The notes under the pieces were generated by a model that saw only the letters and a list, made by a program, of their open reading frames with translations, was not told the DNA's origin and searched no databases. Below are positions 62,800 through 64,000 of a stretch of 64,000 nucleotides of DNA, piece after piece. A program made the position numbers and the translations under genes. This DNA is from Squalus acanthias (taxonomy: Eukaryota). The stretch covers positions 175,090,001-175,154,000 of the forward strand of contig CM059425.1 of the NCBI GenBank assembly GCA_030390025.1. The letters are read 5' to 3'. Each line of letters begins with the position of its first letter. Positions within the stretch are counted from its first letter, which is position 1.

Positions 62800-63181
62800 T
62801 GTTTTTATTCGTTCATGGGATGTGGGGTCACTGGCAAGGCTGGCATTTATTACCCATCCCTAATTGCCCTTGAGAAGGTGGTGGTGAGCCACATTCTTGA
62901 ACCCCAGAGTGTAGTTAAGAGTCAACCACATTGCTGTGGGTCTGGAGTCACATATAGGCAGATTTCCTAAAGGACATAAGTGAACCAGATGGGTTTTTAC
63001 GATAATCCAGTAGTTTCATGGTCACATGGTACTGATACTAGCTTTTTATTCCAGATTTATTTAATTAACTGAATTTAAATTCCCCAGCTGCCGTGGTGGG
63101 ATTTGAACTCTTATCTCTGGATCATTAGGCCAGGCCTCTGGATTACTAGCCCAGTAACAGAACCACTATGCTACCATACCC
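62800..63181 (-). mobile_element. tRNA-headed SINE with LINE-derived tail
   Basis: Minus-strand head GGTATGGTAGCATAGTGG...GAGTTCAAATCCCACC. The tail GCTCACCACCACCTTCTCAAGGGCAA is also seen on + at 62594-62705. Confidence 0.6.
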
Positions 63182-64000
63182 TCATTGTTGTAAAAACAAA
63201 TATTGGGACATGATTTCTCCGCACAAAATATTTATGTACTTGAAAAATTGTGTGGCTTTAGGTAGAACAAATCAGTAATATATTATGTCTTTTGTGACTA
63301 AATACAAAGGTGAAAAATTGCTCCAAATAATATACACAATCTCTGTTGCAAACTGAGTTACAATTGAGAATCATATCAGATTAGGGGGAAAAACGTTCAA
63401 TTTCACTAATTCAAGTGCACAAATTACTTTTTTTTGTGATAGTGGAGTAACTGAAGTACGAGCTGAGCCCAATAAATATAACTGCTCCAGTGGTGATGTA
63501 TGCAAATAAGGACACACTCCCCTGCATCCATTTTGTATTGTACCATTCAGGCCAATGAGAGAGAGGTATATTCACTGCATTTTTAAGTGGTAAATGAGCC
63601 TAATACAGCATCACTGTACATGTCTGATCAAGCCACTTTTCATGGTGATTTTTTTGTTGTTTATTTTAAAGGCTGTCTTTGTTTTTTTGTGGATTCAAAG
63701 TGACTTGTGCAAATGTTCTAATTCCAGTTGTAAAATTACCCAAGAGCAAAACTGGTTGTACAGATAGGAAAATATCAGTCATTGTGGATTTTTGTTTACG
63801 AACTGGAGCATTTGGATTACACCAGATGGATGAACTATGCATAACTTGATGCAGAATCTTAAAAGCCTTCACACACATTGTTTAAAATTATTGTGCCTGC
63901 TGCAAAACTTGAGGCCTTATCTGCTCCATTTTTATCAGTGTATTAATATTGCTAACTCAAATCCTAATCCACTTCTGATAAAATTAGATGGTTCATCTGA

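Noticed and set aside
57739..64000. DCP2 3' UTR end and a possible convergent downstream gene
   Set aside because: There are several AATAAA candidates (for example near 58045, 58615 and 59474) with no way to choose among them, and no coding exon of another gene is recognisable.

Overview
This is vertebrate genomic DNA, most likely from a shark or ray (inferred from HE1-like V-SINE, DeuSINE, CR1 and Penelope content). One host gene is supported: a complete 11-exon DCP2 (mRNA decapping enzyme 2) on the + strand, CDS 23450-57738, 427 aa. Its intron 2 is a U12-type AT-AC minor intron. The first 11 kb is a three-level nest of mobile elements. An apparently intact two-gene Harbinger DNA transposon (DDE transposase plus a three-exon Myb/SANT-like gene) sits in the 3' LTR of an endogenous retrovirus. 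That retrovirus in turn sits in ORF2 of a decayed Tx1-clade LINE anchored at a (TC)n microsatellite. A MITE with matching ends lies at 19980-20752. The rest is CR1 and L2 LINEs, SINEs, Harbinger-type and hAT MITEs, two Vingi-like LINE ends, and Penelope-like termini carrying minimal hammerhead ribozyme motifs, one of them inside the U12 intron. I found no wholly new class of system. The best leads are the intact Harbinger with its MITE, and the hammerhead-in-minor-intron arrangement. All family names come from motif recognition, not database searches.
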